Origin: Octopus sinensis
Lineage: Eukaryota
Length of the DNA: 64,000 nucleotides
NCBI RefSeq assembly: GCF_006345805.1
Contig: NC_043002.1
Location: 16,306,001 to 16,370,000, forward strand
Direction: 5' to 3'
How positions within the stretch are numbered: the first letter of the stretch is position 1; each line of letters begins with the position of its first letter. The notes under the pieces were generated by a model that worked only from the letters and a program-made list of their open reading frames with translations, had not been told where the DNA came from and did no database searches. The translations under genes and the position numbers were made by a program. Of this stretch, positions 24,503 to 38,380 are shown piece after piece.

Positions 24503-25779
24503 CATATATATACATATATATACACACATATATACATATACATTTACACGCACACACACATATATATAGGCATACCCACATACATATCTTTCTCTAGATG
24601 TATATATATATATATATACACACACACACATACATATTACTACTTTGCTGTGTCTTTGGAGTGCCATTACACTAATAGCACTCGCACACGCGTTAAATGT
24701 CATTTCATTATTGCGTTTGTGTGCATGCGCATGGGTGTATTGCTGGTGGTGTGTGTAAAACCGTGTGGTCGCCTATATGTGTGTTGTGTGCGTTTTCTTG
24801 GGATGAGGCAGGTTTATGCCTTAAAACTATTCGTTTCTATATGTATTAATTTCTAGGGACTTCCTTGTAACCCGCTGTTATTCTACTCGTACGTTATGTG
24901 CACCTTCCTACACACCAACGTGCGATTGTACGTGTTTATTTGTGTGTCTGTGTATGTGTGTATGTGTGTGTATTACCTTGTTTGTTTACGTGGGCTTACA
25001 TGGCATATGTTTGAATATGTGTATTTTTGCGTGCTCCTGGGCTCCGGCGCGCTTGCTTTCATATGTGATTGCGTGTGTGCCTATCGGTCCCCTCATGCTG
25101 GTGTATGTGTATGTAAACGCACACGCACCGGCTGTCATGTAGTAGTAGAGGACAAACGAAAGCATATATATGCACACACACATAAATATACATAGACATA
25201 TGACAGGCTTCTTTCAGTTTCTGTATACTAAATCTATTCAAAAGTTTTTGGTTGGCCGGAGGCTATATTAGAAAACACTTGACAAAGTGTCACGTACCAG
25301 AACAAAAATCAGAACAATGTGTTTTGTAGGGAAGCTTATTACCACACAGCCAAGCCTGCGCCTATATCACTACATCTTTTGCTATCTCTAAAACTCCATG
25401 GCTGGTACTGCGATGGCTTGCTAATGGTGATTTTGGCAAGAAACATTAAATGTATTACTTTCGTAGATAGTTTTACGCACTTAAGAGGCATTTTCTTGGT
25501 TCTTTTAATTTCATTTTCACTCTCTCACGATTTTGTACATTGTCTCAGAATTTTTGTGTGGCTTCTGAATTGTTTTCTGTCACATACGCAATCTGTACTA
25601 TCATATATATATACACTCTGTCTCTTCTGTATACGCGTACATAAACTTTTTTTTTATATATATAGATAGTTGTTCATGCAGTTATCTATATACATACATA
25701 TATATATAATCCAAAAAAAGAAACTAATAAAAACCACAAGAAAAAATCTACCACGCGCGGACGTGTTACATTCAAAATA

Positions 25780-25890
25780 TTAAGAGACGCTCACGAAAGG
25801 GAAAAAATGGTAATTTTACGTTTCGAGCAAACCTCTTCTTCAGACACACGAGAGAGACGAAAGATGGAGGGAAAATTCGGTAACTGTCCA
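25780..25890 (-). mobile_element. Same family as 24310, hammerhead-like motif at 25814-25847
   Basis: Minus strand CUGAAGA a GAG guuug CUC GAAAC GUA aaa. Core intact, stem I weakened; the flank gacgctca is shared with 24310. Confidence 0.65.
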
Positions 25891-25949
25891 CATATTTTTG
25901 AATTGTATATACACATATATATGTATGTATGTATATGTAAATATGTATA

Positions 25950-26390
25950 TAATTTCAATACGAAGCAAATAGTCCAAGAATAAATATTTACGAACATATC
26001 ATTGAAGCTATTATTATCTAGAGGGAATATCTTCGCATATATATCTTCTTCTGAATTATTAGCTCCATATTGAAATTATTTTTACACTGGTGGCTGCCAT
26101 GATTCGGCGCAAAATGAATCAGCTTCAGCGCAGATACCAGCGTGGCGATTTTAGGCTCTCCATCATGGCAACACGTGCTGACGAGAGTGAGGCAGGTATG
26201 CCTGTCCAGAAAGCGGTCCATGTGAGTCCAAATACTTGAATGTATGTTGAAAGATTTTCTTAGCCCGTTTCCCTTCGGACGGTTGATTTCTGTAGTTATT
26301 ATCAGTGTATTTTGTTGAATCAAATACAAGTGTTGACTGTTACATCCAGCAGGTAGACATACCTAGTATGTCCTTCGATTAATTTTAATA
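25950..26390 (+). mobile_element. PLE-associated mini-element (copy B), hammerhead-like motif at 26172-26224
   Basis: CACGUG CUGACGA ..GGCAGG uaug CCUGUC.. GAAAG CG GUC CAUGUG; homologous to 8440-8805. Confidence 0.6.
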
Positions 26391-26408
26391 CTTCAGCTAT
26401 ATATATAT

Positions 26409-26458
<50 letters not shown>

Positions 26459-26469
26459 CACTTACATAT

Positions 26470-26625
26470 ATATTTCTTTATTGCCCGCAAGGGGCTAAAC
26501 ATAGAGGGAACAAACAAAGAGAGACAAAGGGATTAAGTCGGTTACATCGACCCCAGTGCGTAAGTGGTATTTATTTATCGATCCCGAAAGGATGAAAGGC
26601 AAAGTCGACCACGGCGGAATTTGAA
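26470..26625 (-). mobile_element. SINE fragment (ggcggcgagctggcag family)
   Basis: Reverse complement of the 33100-33250 sequence (gtcgactttgcctttcatcctttcggg, gaccccagtgcg). Confidence 0.85.
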
Positions 26626-27291
26626 TATATATATATATATATACTTACATATAGCCATACGCATGTTCACAGACGTGTGCAATATTATATCTGTATGCAT
26701 GTGAGTTGGGGCGTGTGAGTATGTGCTTGCGTGTGTGTGGTTGTCTGTGTGTGAGTGTATTTTTTTCTTGTGTGTGTGTTGTGCATGAGTATGTATGCCC
26801 GTGTCGTTAGCGTGTCTTTAAATAACAAAAACATTTACTTATTTTTCCGAATGAGAACTTTTGAAAGAAAATCAATAGGATTCCATCATATCAGTTACTA
26901 TCTCTTTCGCGTATGTTTAATGGTAGAGTTGACTTTTACTTAATCATTTATTTATGTATTTCTTCTTTCTTATGACAATAAAAGATTTCTATCACCTCCA
27001 TTTCTTTTTTTGATGGAGAATAATTTATTTTTGAATTGTATGGAGATTCAAAAGATAGAAGACAATAAAATTTAGTATTATGAAATAGCCGACAAATATT
27101 ATGTGGAAGTTATAGGTTATATTTGATAAACGCTTATATTTGAACTTATTTCCTCCGCACTGCGAAATCATAACAAAATTATATGAAGACATAGACTCTG
27201 AAACTTGTTATAAACACAGGAACATATATAAAAATATTTTATATACATAATCGTAGACAAAAACAAGGAGGGCTACACACACATATGTGTA

Positions 27292-27338
<47 letters not shown>

Positions 27339-27461
27339 GTTTTTTTAGTTTGAAGAAATTATCGTAATTATATATCTAAATGTTTTCTTATAAAATAGTG
27401 AAAGGTATTTCCGAATAAATTTTACATTAAATTATTACGATGTATTCACGGAATTACTTAC

Positions 27462-27473
27462 TTCTTTGAAACA
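27462..27473 (-). CDS. Candidate 12-nt microexon xFQR
   Basis: aataataatcaccag|TGTTTCAAAGAA|gtaagt; A-rich acceptor, so weak support. Confidence 0.25.
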
Positions 27474-27524
27474 CTGGTGATTATTATTTATAGTTAAGTT
27501 ATTCACACACTCACACATACACTC

Positions 27525-27576
<52 letters not shown>

Positions 27577-27590
27577 TATATATATAATAT

Positions 27591-27623
<33 letters not shown>

Positions 27624-28277
27624 GTACATATATATATGTACGTATATATATATACGTATATATATATATATATGTATATATATTATATTATATATATGAA
27701 TATATATATATATACTCTTATATGTATGTATATATAACTATTTATGTATCTATATCTATATCACTCTATCTAATCATCTGTCAATTTATCTAATACGCAC
27801 AAATGCGCACGGACACTTACACATTCACACACACATGTATATACAAACACAAACACACATACATACATATATATATATATATATGTATATACATACATAC
27901 AAACGCACACACACATACAAACCCACACACATATATATATATATATACATATATATATAATCTTATTTACTCTAATGTATTAAATAGGCAAGCACTTGCT
28001 GATCTTATCAATTATATGGTATCTAGCTGTCTTTGTGATTAATGTTTCTAATTCTCTTAGTAATAGTGTAATTATGCTTGTACGGCTATGTTGATTGTAG
28101 CAAATATTTTTTTTCGTATTAATCAATGTAATAAAGGGCGCCCGAAATGGAACGAATATATGTATAACTCCTGCACACAACAACATTGAGATTTCGAATT
28201 CAGAACAGCCATTTCTCTTATTCGTATATTATACACACACGTACAAGCACTCACACTCACGCAGACACACACAGGCG

Positions 28278-28311
<34 letters not shown>

Positions 28312-28800
28312 TTCACACACATAATATATGTCTGTATGCGTCTTAGAATATATTTCTTTCTTCGAGTTTTCTTTAAGTCCGTCTTTACTGAGTTCAAGCG
28401 GGTCGCAAAGAGAGCAAAAGAGAACTGTTCATGTTACAAGAATTTTTGTAACTGGTACTTCTGGCGACTCCTGTAAACTACTTAGCTTAATGTGTCCATC
28501 TTGATTGCTATATGTGCAAATTTATTTTCAGTAACCTGGATTTGTAAGGTCCGTAATCAATTCACTACACAGATTTGTTTCTGCTGCAAATTTTGGTTGT
28601 ACATTGACATATGCAGCGCAGTTGACCTCTACAACAATATACAGCTATTGCACTTGTGCACAGAACAATATTACGCATTTTATGCTTGCACGGAATTGTC
28701 TTTAAAGGCCTGAATCCATTTTCTTCTAATAAGCCTTTGACGTATGTATAAGTTCAATCTTTCCTGCGGATACCATTATAAATATTTTATGCAGCATTAC

Positions 28801-28991
28801 CTTGCATCAGATACAGAAATATCTCGTAGACATTTAGGGGTAGGTCTCTCCCAAGTGAGTTTCCATTTGGTAGTTTCATAAAAATCTGCCAGGACTGTTT
28901 CTCTGGTTATTTTATAAATTGTGTGAGAGACATTTACACAATACCCACTTGGGTATCGTGCAGCATCGCGATTGCATTCTTTGCTCACACT
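28801..28991 (-). CDS. Candidate 191-nt exon SVSKECNRDAARYPSGYC..KCLRDISVSDA
   Basis: 63 open codons of non-repetitive sequence ending at CAAG|gtaatg; acceptor gagaatctag| is weak. Confidence 0.3.
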
Positions 28992-29164
28992 CTAGATTCT
29001 CTACAAGAACGTGTGTGTGTCTGTCTGGCTGTATGTATGTACGTATGTATGTATGCATCAGTGTGTGTTTCTTTGCATGTATGTAAGCGTGTATGAATAT
29101 TTCTCTGTATGTACGCATGTATGTATGTTTCGTTGTATGTATGTAAGCATGTAGGTATGTATGT

Positions 29165-29365
29165 TTGTGAGCTGCGCGAAACGCACGGCTCGTATAGTGA
29201 ATGGGGAAAGCTTGGTCTGCAATGTTTGCAGTCGTGTATGCTTGTCAAGGGCAGTGCTCATTGGCCACCAACGGAGCCGCAAATGCAAAATATAAGTTAG
29301 TCCTAGAGCGCACAATGTTCCTGAAGGTCGGCAATGGTCTTCCTCGGTCACGAGTGGACGGCCAT
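29165..29365 (+). mobile_element. RTE-clade LINE extreme 3' end
   Basis: VNGESLVCNVCSRVCLSRAVLIGHQRSRKCKI* (RTE-type C-terminal zinc finger), followed by a short UTR and a (TATG)n tail. Confidence 0.75.
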
Positions 29366-29576
29366 CATGTAGGTATGTATGCATGTATGTGTTTGTATAT
29401 ATGTATGTATGTGTGTACGCGTTACAATATTTTACACAATACCTCACTTTATTAATAGTATTTTTTTTTCGATAGAAGTAATATTTTTGTGTTTAAAATT
29501 TAAAATCACATATAGTATGAAAATGCTCCTCAAATGTTTATTAGCTTAATCCACTTCATAACTGTTCTTGGATGGT

Positions 29577-29793
29577 TTACTCTTTACTCTTTTACTCTTT
29601 TACTTGTTTCAGTCGTTTGACTGCGGCCATGCTGGAGCACCGCCTTTAATAGAGCAACTCGACCCCGAGACTTATTGATTTGTAAGCCCATTACTTATTC
29701 TATCGGTCTCTTTTGTCGAACCGCTAAGTAACGTGGACATAAACACACCAGCATCGGTTGTCAAGCAATGCTAGGGGGACAAACACACTCACA

Positions 29794-29878
<85 letters not shown>

Positions 29879-30040
29879 GACGGGCTTCTTTCAGTTTCCG
29901 TCTACCAAATCCACTCACAAAGCTTTGGTCGGCCCGAGGCTATAGTAGAAGACACTTGCCCAAAGTGCCACGCAGTGGGACTGAACCCGGAACCATGTGG
30001 TTGGTAAACAAGCTACTTACCACACAGCCACTCCTGCGCC
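29577..30040 (-). mobile_element. tRNA-derived SINE with central (TA)/(CA) microsatellite, near full length
   Basis: Head ggagtggctgtgtggtaag..gggttcagtcc and tail gcagtcaaacgactgaaacaagtaaaagagt; same family at 50136, 56151, 61013. Confidence 0.9.
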
Positions 30041-30657
30041 TATTGCAAATGTTTCGGATGAGGATCCTTCTCTACTTATATATCGGTCTTAACACCTTGA
30101 GAAACAAAAAAAAAAAACAACTGCAATTCATGCAACAAACCCCAAAACGTACGCATGCACCGACATCACCACACAAAAATGCACACACAGATACACACAT
30201 GTATTCATTGATTTTGCAAGGATGCACATGAAACGCTTTGAAATCAGTATATATACATGTATGTATGTGTGTGCATGCTGTTGTGTGATGATGGTGGTGC
30301 TTGTGTGTACGCTTTTGCTTATGTTATATGAATGGCTTAATGATTTATTTCGCCAATTTAAAAAAAATGATTCAAACATGAAGACAAGCAATGGGAAGCA
30401 ATGTCTCGGGCTTCGTAAAAAAAAATAATGATAACAATTAAAGAAAATTGTGTAAATAAAGAAATTGTTTATTCGTAAGTTCACATTAAAGTGTCAACCA
30501 ACTAAAGATGAGAGTCAACACCGTTATTTGGACCACCCAAAAATTAATACTGAAGCAAACAGATTCATTACTATACTAGCAGTATAGAAATAATCAGTCA
30601 CAAAGCAATACGCCATGAAGCTATATATGTATATATATATATATATATAATATATAT

Positions 30658-30713
<56 letters not shown>

Positions 30714-30715
30714 CA

Positions 30716-30774
<59 letters not shown>

Positions 30775-30779
30775 ATGTA

Positions 30780-31045
30780 ATATAAAAGACATATCGGTTC
30801 CATTCTAGCAAAAACTGTCCGATGAACGGCAACGGGAAACTCAGAGTAACAGGTTTTGTTGAATTTTCTGCTGCTTTAAATAAAGTATATATATATATAT
30901 ATATATATATAAGATTGAGAGAGGTGGTGTAGACAAAGAACAGATATATTAGTATAACGCTTGGTAAGTGAAAAGTATTTAACGTTTCGAGCCTACGCGC
31001 TTCAACAGAAAGGAACATAGAAATAAACAAGAGAATGTGCAGTGG
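30780..31045. mobile_element. PLE-type repeat carrying two hammerhead-like motifs of opposite polarity
   Basis: Plus 30815-30852: CUGU CCGAUGA acggcaacgg GAAAC UCAGA GUA ACAG. Minus 30978-31011: UUU CUGUUGA agcgcguaggcuc GAAAC GUU AAA. Confidence 0.6.
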
Positions 31046-32023
31046 CTAGCGATCTATCATGGCGAATATATATATATATATATGAGATGGATTATTTTGT
31101 CGTGAATGACAAATGAGGGTTTAGTAATATGAAGCATTAATCATGTTCTGTGAGTACTAATGTGTCTCTTGACGCTTGCGCATATGCATATATGTGCGTG
31201 TGTGTGTGTGTATGCATGCACCTATACTTGTATATATAAATGCAAAACTTTAAAATTTTAATTGTAGTTGCCACATCTCTTTTTCTTTTTTAATTGAAGT
31301 TTCCTTTATTGTACTTTGTAGACAACGCTATATTATGAAGTGTACATCGGTAGTAATGAAATGTTTAATACTACTATATATCATAATAGTTTCAGAAACT
31401 TTGTAAGTTTAGATGGAGTTTCGATAGTTTTCAACAAGTATTGTGTTTATTTTTCTAAAATGCTATTAGAAGTTAACGTGTGATTACCAAAGTATACTCA
31501 TGTGTGTTATCAAATGGTAATATATCTATTTTATTTTATTCTTTTGAAAGTATTTACTGTTTGATTGATATTTATTTTTGTGCTCGGCAAATATATAACT
31601 TCATTTATCATCTTACATATAATACTTTATACTTAACGTCTGTTTATGTAGCTTGTTATATGATTTCGTCTACAGCAGCGACAGCTCGGTAGAATAAAAT
31701 TAGTTTATCGCATTATAACATATAATCAAATATACACAACTGCTTGCACCTATGTCTTATATATATTTAAGATGTTGTACGTTTATTATACTTTCTTAGT
31801 TTCTATGCTTAGTTTCCATGTATTCTACTTAAGTTTTATACTAAATGCGCGCGTGTGTGTGCGTGTCTGTCTGTCTCTAAGTGTATGTGCGTGTGAGTTT
31901 AGTTCATTATTCAATAGCAGAAATACAGTTAGACTGGTAAATTATTGAGTTTAACATTGTGTAAGTCAATTGCTATGGGATAGATATATTGGAGGCTGGC
32001 AATACAAAAATATTTTCTCTCAC

Positions 32024-32114
32024 TTTGATATGATATGAAATAAGGAGTCTATATGTAATAAGATGCAACATGAGTGATGAGAGCGAATTTAGAAGAAAGA
32101 CTATGAATTTGAAC
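32024..32114 (-). CDS. Candidate 91-nt exon, hydrophobic (R)FKFIVFLLNSLSSLMLHLITYRLLISYHIK
   Basis: tactctcgctacctctccag|..ATCAAA|gtgaga; only phase 2->0 is open. Confidence 0.3.
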
Positions 32115-32260
32115 CTGGAGAGGTAGCGAGAGTATTTTAGATTTCGAATGAGTTTTGCAACCACTTGATCAATTTTCAAATATAGTTTGGTTACATATGT
32201 AAGCGAGAACGTAAAGTGTAACGCGACAAAAAACTCCCACATTTGAACAGCAACCACAAG

Positions 32261-32629
32261 TGGAGGAGCAATGACCCAATGGCTGGGTAGCGGACCCGCA
32301 GTCGGAGGATCGCGGTTTCGATTCCCAGATTGGGCGTTGTGTGTTTATTGAGCGAAAATACTTAAAGCTCCACGAGGCTCCGGCAGGGGGTAGTGGCGAC
32401 CCCTGTTATACTCTTTCGCGCCAACTTTCTCTCACCCTTTCTTCCTGTTTCTTGTCCCCGACTTCCTACGCAACCGCTGAGCTTGGATGCGTATTCATCC
32501 ATCCGTCGATGCTCTCGGTGTCGGGGGTTGACCTGCTTTCTCTTCTGCGGGTTTTACGAATAGCAAAGGACCACGTTTCGGACATTTCTCATCTTGCGAG
32601 CTCTGGACGAAGACCGTTCGCTCAAAAGC
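32261..32629 (+). mobile_element. tRNA-derived SINE with target-site duplication
   Basis: A/B-box head ggaggagcaatgacccaatggctggg..gtttcgattccc; TSD aacagcaaccac(a/g)ag at 32246-32260 and 32630-32644. Confidence 0.85.
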
Positions 32630-33020
32630 AACAGCAACCACGAGTTAAATCCAAAACATTAACTGAATGGAAATAATAATAGATTAGTTACATGTTGATA
32701 CCTTTACCACCTGCCTAACTTCTCTTTGTGTTACACGAATGGTTGTTTAAATTATGCTATGGATGTTTTGGTGTCGAACCCTGCGTTTGGAGGAGTGATA
32801 TATTGATATCGAAAAGGAAATAAATGTTAATGCTGCTTATGCTCTACGGATGATCAGGGTTAAGTTTATAAGCTTAAGGATGTTTCAGATTGGTTTTCAT
32901 CTGTCATAGATTTTAAACTGTTATTATGGAAGGGATGTCTAAAGTTTAATCCCATTTGGATTCCAAATGGTATGTTTTTCGTAGAATATTATAATTGTCT
33001 TCTGTTATGATGACACCCCA

Positions 33021-33400
33021 AAGGCGGCGAGCTGGCAGAATCTTTAGCACGCTGGGCGAAATGCTTAGAGTTATTTCGTCTGCCGCTACGTTCTGAGTTC
33101 AAATTCCGCCGAGGTCAACTTTGCCTTTCATCCTTTCGGGGTCGATTAAATATGTACCAGTTACGCACTGGGGTCGATGTAATAGACTTAATCCCTTTGT
33201 CTGTCCTTGTTTGTCCTCTCTGTGTTTAGCCCTTTGTGGGTAGTAAAGAAATAGGTTTTTCGTCTGTCTTTACGTTCTGAATTCAAATTCCGGCGAGGTC
33301 GACTACGCCTGTCATCTTTTTGGTTTCGATAAATTAAGTACCAGACGTGTACTTGGGTCGATCTAACCGACTTGCCCACCCCCAAAATATCGGGCATTAT
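33021..33400 (+). mobile_element. SINE (ggcggcgagctggcag family), two tandem units
   Basis: ggcggcgagctggcagaatc..gttctgagttcaaattccgccgagg; second unit from about 33265. Confidence 0.9.
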
Positions 33401-34209
33401 TTACCCTCACGTCTTATACGAAGTAAGCTATTAAGATGGAAACAAAGCAGATAGAGTTATTCTATGGAGCAGACGGCTACCTGAGGAATGGTGGTCAGCA
33501 GGATTCTCAAATTCCCTGTGTATTTATATTTTTATTTTTCATATTTATATTTTTGCCACAGATAATGGTGAGATTTTAAAGCGTCTGGAATATCTTGTGT
33601 ATTTCTGAGAGTCGTTTGCATCAGTTTAAATTGTGAGTAGATATGTTTCTTTATTGTATGGCTGTACAGAATGCTAAATTCTGGAGGCGTTTTATATGTC
33701 TTATTCTTGAAGTAAATCTGGGGTTAATGAGCAGGGATAGTAAATATATGCAATGTAGTCGTTGGGGACAAGTGCAGTGAAGGAACATATTGATCACCCG
33801 TTTGCATTTCAGGATGATAAATGATCGATAAATTTGTTTCAATCCAGCACTCCTTTAGTATTTTTTCTCATCTTGCATTGAAGTTTTAACTATGTTCAAG
33901 TCAGATTTTGCTTTCCTTCTTTCTTTAACCTATATCATTTATTTACAAATAACATGTCTACAGGATAGAGTTTTGTGAAATGCTTAGATATATAATATTT
34001 TCGGTAGAATATCTTTTATTTCATATAATTTCCCTCTTTTATGTCATAATTTTGCATATATATACATTTTCTAATATATATAACCTGAATTATGTAACGT
34101 GTGTATTTAAATGATTTTTTGAGAATCTGTAATATTTAATACACACATACATGCACACATGTATTTATAAGTATGTATGCCTATCTGCAAGTATGTACGT
34201 ATAGCTTGT

Positions 34210-34252
<43 letters not shown>

Positions 34253-35340
34253 TATATAACGGATGGACCTTTTGAAAGTTAGCTTTTATGTCTATGGATA
34301 ATTAGTAGGCATTGAATCTCATCAGATATAAACTAAATATGCAAAGTATTTGCTTTTAACTCGTTATTCATAGTCTGAAATAAAATAATATCTTGGAGAT
34401 ACTGTGAGTTAAATATGGAAATATAGCATATTTGTGACAGGCAGACATGCTCTGAAAAGAAAATGGAGAGTACGCTGCCGCAGTTTGTTAGATGGGTGTA
34501 CGGAGTGGAGCAGAATATACTGCATGAATATCTCTGTACTGTGTGATCGAAGGAAGAATACTTTAATAAGAAAGAGATCATTACCGCATTCGTTTCGAAT
34601 TTGTAACATAATGATTACATATTGACTCTCCTATAATTTCAGTGCATGTAGGAGAATTAGCGTTATAATTTTGCACTCGATATAATACAGTTGAAATTGA
34701 AAAATTAGATGTTTTTTTTTTTTGTATTAATGTTATGCTGGTTTGTTCATTTTTAATTCCCAGGAATGTGCAAAGAAATTAACTATTTTTGAAGCTTGCA
34801 ATTTCTGCTGCCGTATCAAGTAGAAGGCAGCTTTTAGAAAACACTTCGCTCTTAAATGAGTATGATTTCTAAAGATATTTAACCGTAAGTAAAAATATCT
34901 CTACCCCAACTTGGAGATGCAGATCCATATTCTTGAAATGTCATGAAAGATATTAATTGTATGGATGCGTACAGAGCAGCTGTAGTTTGTTAATTACGAC
35001 ACTGGACTTCAGGAATGTAATTGTCTGACGGTTCAATTGATGAAGTGTATCAGACTAATCGAAAATCAATAAATAATACATAAAGTCGTTTAAATTTTAC
35101 ATTTTTAATGATGCTTTGTTTAATAACATGTAAGAATTTCCAGAATTTGCATATGATTTTTTGATTCTTTTTGCGTTCCATTTACGTTCACTGCATACGA
35201 TTATGAATACAAATCAATAGTCTCGTTGAGCAAATATGAATAACGCTAACATTACATGAGTGTGTGTGCATGTGAGTGTGTGTGTCTGTGCGTGGGTGTG
35301 CATATAAATGGGTGTGTGTGTGTGTGTTTGTTTGTATGAA

Positions 35341-35372
<32 letters not shown>

Positions 35373-35380
35373 CCTCTTTA

Positions 35381-35422
<42 letters not shown>

Positions 35423-35585
35423 GGGTGGTTTAGTTCACTGGTAATCTAATTGAATTGGTACACTGTACAAGTGCTATAACTGGTGCTAGGGATCCGTAAC
35501 GGGCTTCCGTATATATTAGAGCAAAAATGACAACGCAACCAAGGCAGGATGAGTATCACTAGTCATTTAGATTATTTGATTAGTT

Positions 35586-36219
35586 TAAGGTGAATTTGAG
35601 GTAATTAATTAATTAAATGTTGGATGTCTTGCAGCTGTTTCTAGGACACCGCAATCAATAGGTTAGCATCTCCATCCCCTGGGCGTTCTCACATCAGAGA
35701 CAAGATGAGTATGTATGAAAGATTTATCACAGGCAATTCACTGTTTATAAAAGAATAAAATAGTAGACAAAAGAATGGTTAAGAGAGTAGATAGAAAATT
35801 ATAGACATGAGAATTGAGTTCGTAGCTCATCTTCTTCTAAAGAGCATTGAGGTTGGTCCGTACTTCCATGACGATATAGCTCTTAATTATAATCCTAGGT
35901 AAATACCAGTATTACTTTAGCAGTGTTTTGAATGTTGCTGTCATTCAAAATATTTCCAAAATACTGCCTGACCTGGGATTATACTTAAGGACCTACTCCT
36001 TCAAAGACGTACGACCCAACCTCCATACCGTTTAGAAGAAGATCAGCTGCGAACTTTATTTTCCTGTTTGTATTCTTCTATCTGGTATTTTCCTCTTTAT
36101 TCTTGAATCTAATATTTTATTCCTCTATAAACTATCACTTGAGATATCCCAGAAAAAGCTGTAAGAAATCCAATAATCAATTAAATAATTAATGAAAGAA
36201 TTACCTCAAATTCACCTTA
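35586..36219. mobile_element. Diverged palindrome of two head-to-head PLE pLTR-like copies
   Basis: Centre ttttgaatg-ttgctgt-cattcaaaa (35926-35950). Ends 35586-35606 and 36199-36219 are a perfect 21-bp inverted match. Hammerhead remnants at 35626-35701 (-) and 36152-36163 (+); homologous to 63700-64000. Confidence 0.8.
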
Positions 36220-37567
36220 CTCTATTTAAATTTTCTAAATTACTTAAGATACTCGTCCCCTGCATTTTGTCTTGTGTTCTTGTGTTCTAAATGCTGTTGT
36301 TATGTTCAATGGCATCCCAGTCCTTTCAAGTATCGTAATCATAGCAGTTCTATTAACGCTGACGAATTGCTTTCGAAATTCAAAGAACGAAGTACCACTT
36401 CAAAGTATTTGGATCAGAAAGGCTTTTATTTTGAAAAAAAGCTTTACACTATACTTGAAACATTGTAAAAAGAGTACAAATGTTAATTCGTGAAGCACTA
36501 ATTCAAAACTTGACTACACGTACAAGCTTACATATGTTTTTACATATTATAGAGAAAGTAATTTCAATCATTTAGGGATTAGTGGAATTAAGTAATTAAC
36601 TGATTCCAGTAGAAAACAATGTATGCATATTAAGAGCAATAATTTGAGGTATGATCATCTTTTAAACTTTGCATAAAATATTCATTACAATATATGAGAA
36701 ATATATTATAATGAATAAGGAGCAGTTTATGTTGGGGATTGTAATATAGATAATGGAAGCGGATATCCTTCTTAGAACGGCATATTGAAATGTTACTCAA
36801 AAGCACTCATCGCATCTGATATTGACATTCATAAGATGATACCTTTGAAATGTTTGTATACTGAGGGAAGTACATCAAATATAGTCCATCTAATTTCTCC
36901 ACCAACGAAAATCTGTTATTTGAATATGTAGTGAGATTAATAGGTGAAAGGCTGAAAATTTCATCTATTCAATTCAAGAAGACCCAGCTTATCACAATGT
37001 TCACCTTCTATAGTTTGAAGCCTTGATAAAGTTTCTATTATTTCAATGAGCATGCCACATTGCTCTAAATTATATAAATTATATAATTTTGTATAATTTC
37101 TCAATATATTGTGTCACATTTGCTAATCGACTCGATATAATACAAACTGCGTATGAAAGTACTTCCGTTAGTGTATTTCTGATTGCATATACACCAGAGT
37201 TATACCTATATGTCACTGAGCAATATCACAGGAAATGCTATCCACAACCTTTATCGCTTTCGGTTAAAATTCTCTCTAATTTCTTAAGATTCATATAAAA
37301 TCTCTTTAATGCATTTCTTAATCACCATTTTACCTACGAAATTAATTGCTATCAATACTAAAGCATTGCACTTCGGAATAATATTTTCTATATAAATGTT
37401 AATTTGAAGGAGACAGCATTTTACTATATTAGAATTACTGTGTTTAGTAACAAATACGTGACAGTAACGATTAACCTCGTAAATTTAGACGAATAAAATA
37501 TAAGGTCGTCCCGGCTAAATCCTACTGTGTCTTGGTTAAATCTTTGTGTATATACCACATGCCAGGA

Positions 37568-37870
37568 AGGGACATGGCTTAATGGTTAGAGCGTCTTACA
37601 CATATTTGTGGAGTAGTGAGTTCAATTCTGGCCCAGTCTGTGTGTTGTGTTCTTGATCAAGACGCATTGTTTGACGTTGCTCCAGTAGTGCCTTTCTCTT
37701 AACATGGGTGGGTGGTGAAGGGTGGTTGGTGTGCATGAGTGACTGCTGGTCTTCCATAAATAATCTTGCCAGGAATTGTACCTCGGGGAAAGCTCTCTAG
37801 GTGCAATACCATGGTCATTGGTGGCCGAAGGTAGGTATGGTTACCACTTGTAGGACAGTTACTATACCTC
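37568..37870 (+). mobile_element. Old tRNA-derived SINE
   Basis: A box tggcttaatggttagagcg, B box gagttcaattc, then cttgatcaagac core. Confidence 0.6.
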
Positions 37871-38203
37871 ACAAGGTCATTTGTGAGATATAAGTGTCTT
37901 TTGCTCCCTCGCGAAATTATAAGGTGGAGATATATTTTTGCTTTTTACTTGATAAAAGAATGGAAAGAGCATATAATATCACAGGCAAATGGAGAGTGGT
38001 GAAAATCGTGCCATTTATATTTGCCTTACATGCCTTATACTGTCACACGTCCTCGGCAAGGACAGGAGTAATTAGCCAATTACTAGTCAGAGTAGGAAGC
38101 CTTAGAAATTATGACAGAAGAGGCAACTCAATAAGTTTTCAGAAGGCGAAGATCGACAATATTTTTGGAAATAATGCATGTGAGACTGCATGAGCTAATC
38201 TAC

Positions 38204-38204
<1 letters not shown>

Positions 38205-38248
<44 letters not shown>

Positions 38249-38292
38249 AGAGAGAGAGATAGATAGACAGATAGATATATAGATAGATAGAC

Positions 38293-38367
<75 letters not shown>

Positions 38368-38380
38368 CAGACAGATATCT
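38205..38380. repeat. (TA)n-(GA)n-(GATA)n compound microsatellite
   Basis: Directly visible; representative of dozens of similar tracts in the window. Confidence 0.95.

Noticed and set aside
37894-38193. 99-aa plus-strand ORF (also 5914-6210, 98 aa)
   Set aside because: GTG/TTG starts, no recognisable domain or splice support; compatible with chance.
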